DNA of 64,000 nt. Source: the human T2T-CHM13v2.0 reference genome, Homo sapiens. Positions within the stretch are counted from its first letter, which is position 1, and each line of letters starts with the position of its first letter. The notes under the pieces were generated by a model that ran no database searches, was not told where the DNA came from, and saw only the letters and a list, made by a program, of their open reading frames with translations. Positions 55,762 through 64,000 of this stretch are shown one piece after another. The stretch is from assembly GCF_009914755.1 (NCBI RefSeq), contig NC_060937.1, one strand, 5' to 3'. The position numbers were made by a program, and so were the translations under genes.

Positions 55762-56630
55762 AAATGAATCCACAAAAGCTCTAGTAGCTAATTTTTCCTT
55801 TCATTAAAATAAAACAGGTGGTACAGTAAGTAAAGAGCTTATCAATTGCACATTAAACTAGAGGTAATGGGTACTGTACTCTCTGTATTACGTTTTCTAT
55901 TGCTGTGTAACAAATTACCCCCAAACACAGTAGCTTGGCACAGCAAATGTGTGTGACCTCTCACAGCATCTGAGGGTCTGGAAACTAGTAAGGTGGGGCT
56001 GACTCAGGGGCTCTCACAAGGTTGCTGTCAAGTCAGGGCTGCAGTCACCTGAAGGCTTGACTGGGGCTGGAGGAGCCACTTCCAAGTGTGCTCACAGTGT
56101 TCATGGCTTCAGGCCCTCACTGGCTGTTGGCTAGAGTCCCCATGGCCTCTCCATAGACTGTCTGCATGTCCTTTTGACATGAGAGCTGGCTTGAGAATTA
56201 GTGATCTGATAGATGAGGGGAGAGAGAGAGAGAGGGAGAACATGAGAACTAATCTTAAAAATAAACTCCACTGGGTTCTGCTGTGTCCTATTGGTCACAT
56301 AGATCAACTCTGCCACAGTGTGGGAGGGGACTACACCAAGGGTGAACACCAGGAGGTGGGGACCATCACAGGCCATCTTGAAGGTCACTGACCACATTCC
56401 CCAATCAAAGGCCTGCCTCCCCAACACAGCCCACCACCACTACCTCAGTCAGAGAACTGGGGACTCAGGAACTTAAAGCCATCTCAAAGAAATACAGTTG
56501 GGAGACCATGGTTGCAAATGAGTCCACGAAAGCTCTAATAGCTAATTTTTCCTTTCATTAAAATAAAACAGGTGGTACAGTAAGTAAAAGAGCTTATCAA
56601 TTGCACATTAAACTAGAGGTAATGGGTACT
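55762..56630 (+). repeat. Dispersed ~114-bp direct repeat (55762-55875 and 56516-56630)
   Basis: The copies differ by 3 substitutions and a 1-nt indel, counted by eye. Confidence 0.95.
55884..56395 (-). mobile_element. MLT1 (F-like) MaLR LTR
   Basis: 'tgtattacgttttctattgctgtgtaacaaattacccc...ggccatcttgaaggtcactgaccaca'. Confidence 0.8.
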
Positions 56631-57252
56631 CTATAACTCATTTCCATTTCATTGTGCTTTGCTTACTAGAAGCTTTCAGATTTCCCTGGCAGCAGTTTCA
56701 AGGAGATTCTGATAGACTTATTTTGCTTAGATGCAGACACTGTGCACACTGAGAAGGCTTTTTCTCTGTGTCTGGTCCTATGTGCAGTGTTAGCGTGGCT
56801 GTCATAGATTTGCTCTGCGTCTTGCTCTGGCTATTGTCCTAAAGGCACAATTTTGGCCAAATGTAGTTTACTACTTGGTTAAGGGGAAGTGATGTGGGGA
56901 GAAATCACAGTCCCTCAAGGCCTAACATCGAGGGATTTAAAGCCTTAACAACTGCCCATGCCTACTTCATTCCAGAGCTCGTCAGAGAACACCCAGCATA
57001 GGACCTGGGCTCTGCGGGCCCTCCCACCTCCCTTAGCTCCTGTGCTACCCAGCCCTTGCAGTACAAGCTGTACCTGTTGTCAACCTCCACTCACCACACC
57101 TACCCCAAGCCCAGACCACATTAACCTCCATGGCCACAGCTTCCTCTTCACCTCTTTCTGCCCTTTCTAGCTTCCAGCTAACTAAAAAAATTATTACCAA
57201 CAAGGTCAACTGACAGTCTCCATATACTTGCCTCTAAATTTTGGAAGGTAAT

Positions 57253-57693
57253 TGCTATAGTTTGATTATGGTTTATTTGACCCCAATAAATTTCATATTG
57301 AAATTTGATCCCCAATGTGGTGTTGTTAGGAGGTGGGGCTTAATAGGAAGTATTTTGAGTCATGAGGCAGATCCCTCATGAATGGCTTGGTGCTGACTTC
57401 TTGGTAACGAGTGAGATCTCATTTTCTTAGTTCCCGGAGGTGCTAGTTGTTAAATAAAAAGCCCAGTACCTCTCCTCTCTCTCTTGCTCTCTCTCTCACC
57501 CCGTGGTCTCTACATACCAGCTTCCCTTTGCCTCTTGCCATGAGTAGAAGCAGCCTGAGGCCCTCCCCAGAGGCAGATGCTGGTGCCATGCTTCTTGTAC
57601 AGCCTGCAGAACTGTGAGCGAAATAAATCTCTTTTCTTCATAAATTACCCAGCCTCAGATATTTCTTTACAGCAACACAAATGGACTAAGACA
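57253..57693 (+). mobile_element. MST (MaLR) solo LTR
   Basis: TGCTATAGTTTG...AATGGACTAAGACA; TSD gtaat / gtaac. Confidence 0.88.
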
Positions 57694-58200
57694 GTAACCA
57701 AAGGTATCAGGTGAAGTGGAGTGGAAGAATTCATGTGACTTTTTATATTTTTCCAGTGACTTAGTAAGGTTGCTTAACCTCAGGGATGACAGAAGAGTGT
57801 TTTCTAGACCTGTTAAGTAAACGAATGAAGAGTTGGGGAAGGATAAATTTAAGTCTACTAGCCCTGTTTGACAAAATAAAAAGTTGGCAGCTCTATGATG
57901 TTCTCCCCACCCCTGTCCCATCCAAAAAAATCGTAATAATCTGGCCTGTGAAATCATACAGTTAGGAGACCCCCAGCTGAAGTCAGGAATGTCATCGTAT
58001 TGTTCATATTGTTAGTTCCATGACTGCTGTCCTGCCTCTTGAGGTCAGAATATGAAGTAATGCCTGTCAACACTAAGATGTCCACATTGTCACTACATAC
58101 TGTGCTGTATTTGCATTAGGAGGCTTGGCCAAGTAACAAGAGATGGAGAAGAATCTTATGGGTGTGATACAGAGTATATTCCAAAGTGGAAGAAGGGTTG

Positions 58201-58359
58201 GGGCATGGTGGTGTACACCTGTTGTCCCAGCTACTCAGGAGGCTGAAGAGGGAGGATCACGTGAGCCCAGGAGTTCAAGGCTGCAGTAGGCTATGATTGT
58301 GCCACTGCATTCCAGCCTGGGTGACAGAGCAAGACCCCCAACTCAAAAAAAAAAAAAAA
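58201..58359 (+). mobile_element. Alu right monomer (FRAM or 5'-truncated AluJ)
   Basis: Single right arm plus polyA; perfect 18-bp TSD AAAGTGGAAGAAGGGTTG. Confidence 0.88.
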
Positions 58360-58623
58360 AAAGTGGAAGAAGGGTTGTATTGTGGGGAAAGTTTACCTGC
58401 TTAAAGATTTGACACCAACTGGGGTAAGTCCAAGGGACCCAGTGGCGAACTCCCCTATCCTGGTCAACTTGATACAGGTGGCAGCTGGATAGTGTGGTAT
58501 ATAAACCTGTGTAACTCAGGACACTCCCAGTGGGCTAGTGGCAAAAGCTGAACTCAGGCTAGTTTAGATAACAGGGTCAGGGATTGAAGTCAAGGATTTG
58601 AACGCCATCAGAATTCTTCTCCC

Positions 58624-58915
<292 letters not shown>

Positions 58916-59571
58916 CCCCATCATAATCTCTGCTTTTCTCTTTGCATGTAGATTTCATTCTCTCCTCCTACAGAGGGCTTTCTTCACAGAGCAGTAGACA
59001 TGGCAGCCCACCTTACCGGGGAAACAGCCGAATGACTCTGTGACCAAGGAAGAAAGGGTTCTTCTGCTAGGTCCAGCTAGGAGAACCCTGGTTTAGGACT
59101 CTGCTGGGTGCCAGGTCCATCCCTACACTAATTCCCATAGCCAAGAGGCCAGCTGTGTTATTAAAAGATGGAGCAGAAAGGCAGACAATAGCCCCTAAAA
59201 GCACATGGACCTAGAGCTGGACAGCCTTTGGTTCAAACCACTCACTAGCTGTGTCTTTGTGAAACTTACTCAGACCCTGTAGGCTTTACTTTATCTGAAA
59301 AACAGGGATAATGCTAATACCAACCACAAATTGTCATTGTGAAAATAATTTAAATGTGCCAATAAGTATAGAATACTAAATTTCATATCTTGCACATAAT
59401 AAATGCTCAAAATGTCCATTGTCTATTTGGGCAATTATTAAAGCTTTGTTATCTGCTCAACACAGAGACCAAACCACAGTACCTGATCTTCTCCTTTGTA
59501 CCCGAATGGTGCAGCCCTCTGGTTTCAACACTCCCCTATTTCTACAGCCAGACTGGAGTTATGTTGGATAA

Positions 59572-59966
<395 letters not shown>

Positions 59967-60496
59967 CTAGGTAGGTCTTTGGTATTAACACCATAAGATG
60001 CTAGCAAATCACACAGGCGAGAAGGTGTGAGGGGGTCAACAAAGGTAAAAACCAGAATCATACAATTCAGGACTTCAAATAATTCATTGATATTTCAGAT
60101 AAAACTGTACCCTCCACGTAGCTATATAGAGGCAGAAAATATAACTTGGTGTTCAAGATTGTGTTGTCATGAAAAGATAGAACATTGGATTTGCAGACAA
60201 ACAAGTTGGCCTCAGCTACTGTTGGTTTGCTTTAAGGCCTCTGCTTTATCCATCAGTAAAACAGAAATAATGATGTTCCCCCTCAATTCCCACAGAGGTT
60301 TGGTAAGACTTAACGAGGTACTGTTGGTAAAATGCTTTGAGCTCATCTCATGAAGGGCTCTATGTAGGCACTTGGTCTTATTATACAGACACTTCATGGT
60401 CATATATGTTTAGAGTAAGATGTTGCTTGGAAGCACTTCAGAGAATTGCTAAGAAACACAGATGTATTAAATGGTATCTTCTTAAAAACTGAGATT

Positions 60497-60797
60497 AGCC
60501 AGGCACAGTGGGTCACACCTGTAATCCTATCACTTTGGGAAGCTGAGGTGGGTGGATTACCTGAAGTCAGGAGTTTGAGACCAGCCTGGCCAACATGGTG
60601 AAACCCTGTCTCTATGAAAGATACAAAAACTAGCCCGGTGTGGTGGCAGGCGCCTTTATTCCCAGCTACTTGGGAGGCTGAGACAGGACAATTGCTTGAA
60701 CCCAGAAGGTGGAGGTTGCAGTGGGCCGAGATCGTGCCCAGCCTGTGCGACAGAGTGAAACTCCATCTCAAACAAAAATCCCAAAAAACAAAAAAAG
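60497..60797 (+). mobile_element. AluS
   Basis: Full dimer; TSD ctgagatta. Confidence 0.9.
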
Positions 60798-61211
60798 CTG
60801 AGATTAAATGGGAACTGGAAGTTTGGTACTGTTACCACCTTGTCCTAGCAACTGTATTGCTAGCAATTGTGTTGCTGGGACAAGGCAGTAACTGTATCAG
60901 TCTCCTTCTGCCCAATCGTGTTGACACCACTTTTCTTTGACCACCTGTGGATACTGATGACCTCCCCTCACCTCATTTTATTTTAACCCTTTTATTTATC
61001 CCTCATGTCAAGCATCATCTCATTCTACTGAGGTGTCATCTTTTCTTCACCACAGTTTGAGAGCTACAATTAGACAATGTGAATTTTGGATGGATTACCA
61101 ATGTGTTAACAATATGTGAGGAGAGGTAACTGTATGCTATAGAGAAATAAATTTAAAAACAATTGATTAATATACTGAAAAGATAAGAAAACCATTACAA
61201 AGGCATAAACT

Positions 61212-62609
<1,398 letters not shown>

Positions 62610-63084
62610 CCTAGACCCATAAGTATAAAGAGAAAATAGGAACAGAGACAACAGTAGATAAAAATGTTAACAATGTTATGGAAATAAAAAAAAAAAGCAG
62701 ATGAATGAGAAGCAACTAATTTAGCAGAGAAGATAAAGCTGCAACCTAAGCTCAAAGGGAGAGAAATCTGTAAGAAGCAAATCAGCTACACCACAGAATC
62801 TTAGAAAAAGCAGAAATTGGTTCCCTCTGTGCAGAACATGGGTGCAGGTGGGCTGAAAACAAATGTGTTGAGAATTTGTACATGGAGCTATAAGACTCCA
62901 CATTTATTTCCATCCCTATGTAGGCCTATGCACAGCTGCACTGTCACACCACTGTCCCTGCCCAGCCTCGGGAGGAAAGGTTGAATCCGAGAGGGACTGG
63001 ACTCAAGGACACCAGGCACAACCAAGACCCGGCGTGTGACACACCATAGAAACGGAATTAAAAGACACTCCGTGCTTTATCGTC

Positions 63085-63332
63085 ATTGTTGTTTTGTCTT
63101 GCTGTCACCCAGGCTAAAGTACAATGGCATGATCGTGGCTCCCCGCAGCCTCAAATTCCTGAGTAGCTGGGACCATGGGAACATGCCAACATGCCCAGCT
63201 AATTTTCGTATTTTGTAGAGATGGGGTCTCACTATGTTGCCCAGGCTGGTCTTGAACTCCTGGTCTCAAGCAGACCTCCTGCCTCAGCCTCCCAAGTGGC
63301 TGGGACTCCTGAGTGAGCCACTGCACCCAACT
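63085..63332 (-). mobile_element. AluJ-like, internally deleted
   Basis: Antisense Alu sequence. Confidence 0.8.
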
Positions 63333-63399
63333 GCACTCTGGATTATAGGACACCACAGCCTCCTTCCCCCTCTTAGATCCCAGAATGTTGGCAATGAGG

Positions 63400-64000
63400 G
63401 TTCTACCCCATGGGCAGAAGATTCGAGGATTCATCATTAGGGAAGCTGACCAGTTGGAGAAAAAAGACTTATAGAGAATGACCTAGTGGGTTCCTTAATG
63501 AAACATCCAGCTCTCCACTGAATCACCTGACAATGAGCCCATTGGTTGACAAGCTTCACTCATGCACACGTCACTTGAGTGTCAACAGTAAATCACCAGA
63601 CATTTGAAGAAAGCCTCTAACATGAAGAAAAAATATTCCTGAAGTTGAGTTCTATGCCCAGACAAGTGCAAGGGACATTTACAAGGTCTCCAAATATTTA
63701 GCTGCCATGAACCCTTTCTCAGGAAGCTACTAGAGGATGTGCTCCAACAAAACAAAGAATTAACCAAGAAAAAGATACAAGCTCTAGGAAACAGGGAATC
63801 TAACACAGGAGAGAAGGAAAAATGATTTCCAGGAGGACGCTGAAATCTGGGCTGTAACTATAGTGGACCTGAGGAGAAACCAGCCTGAGTTTGAAGCAGA
63901 AGGATAGTTCCCGGAGGACGTCTGCACAGGAAGAGAAATGCAATGGCAAGATTACTAGTGTGTTCACCACACTGAGGAGAGCTTGGGAATGAATTACTCA
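63400..64000 (+). mobile_element. HAL1 (L1-related) fragment, probably also extending back to ~62620
   Basis: 'accctttctcaggaagctactagaggatgtgctccaacaaaac...aaccaagaaa...aacacaggagag'. Confidence 0.65.

Overview
Repeat-rich primate genomic DNA, almost certainly human (it carries an AluYa5 element). I found no intact protein-coding exon. Main landmarks: (1) a processed PRDX2 pseudogene (6546-7470, + strand) nested in an AluJ, inside a near-full-length Tigger1, inside an old L1; (2) a CpG-island promoter at ~17.2-18.35 kb with two candidate minus-strand non-coding first exons, an RFX X-box, a ZNF143/THAP11 motif and a (CCG)8 tract. From memory this is the 5' end of KATNAL1 (13q12.3), which would make 1-17.4 kb its first intron; this is unverified. 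(3) About 46 kb of upstream sequence made of Alu, L1, L2, MIR, MaLR/ERVL LTRs, DNA transposons and HAL1, with a few candidate lncRNA exons and a young 114-bp dispersed duplication. Apart from the PRDX2, Tigger1 and L1 remnants, the ORF track looks like noise. I see no previously undescribed biological system; the findings are modest regulatory and structural observations. Repeat subfamily calls are by-eye comparisons to remembered consensus sequences, and old-repeat boundaries are approximate.
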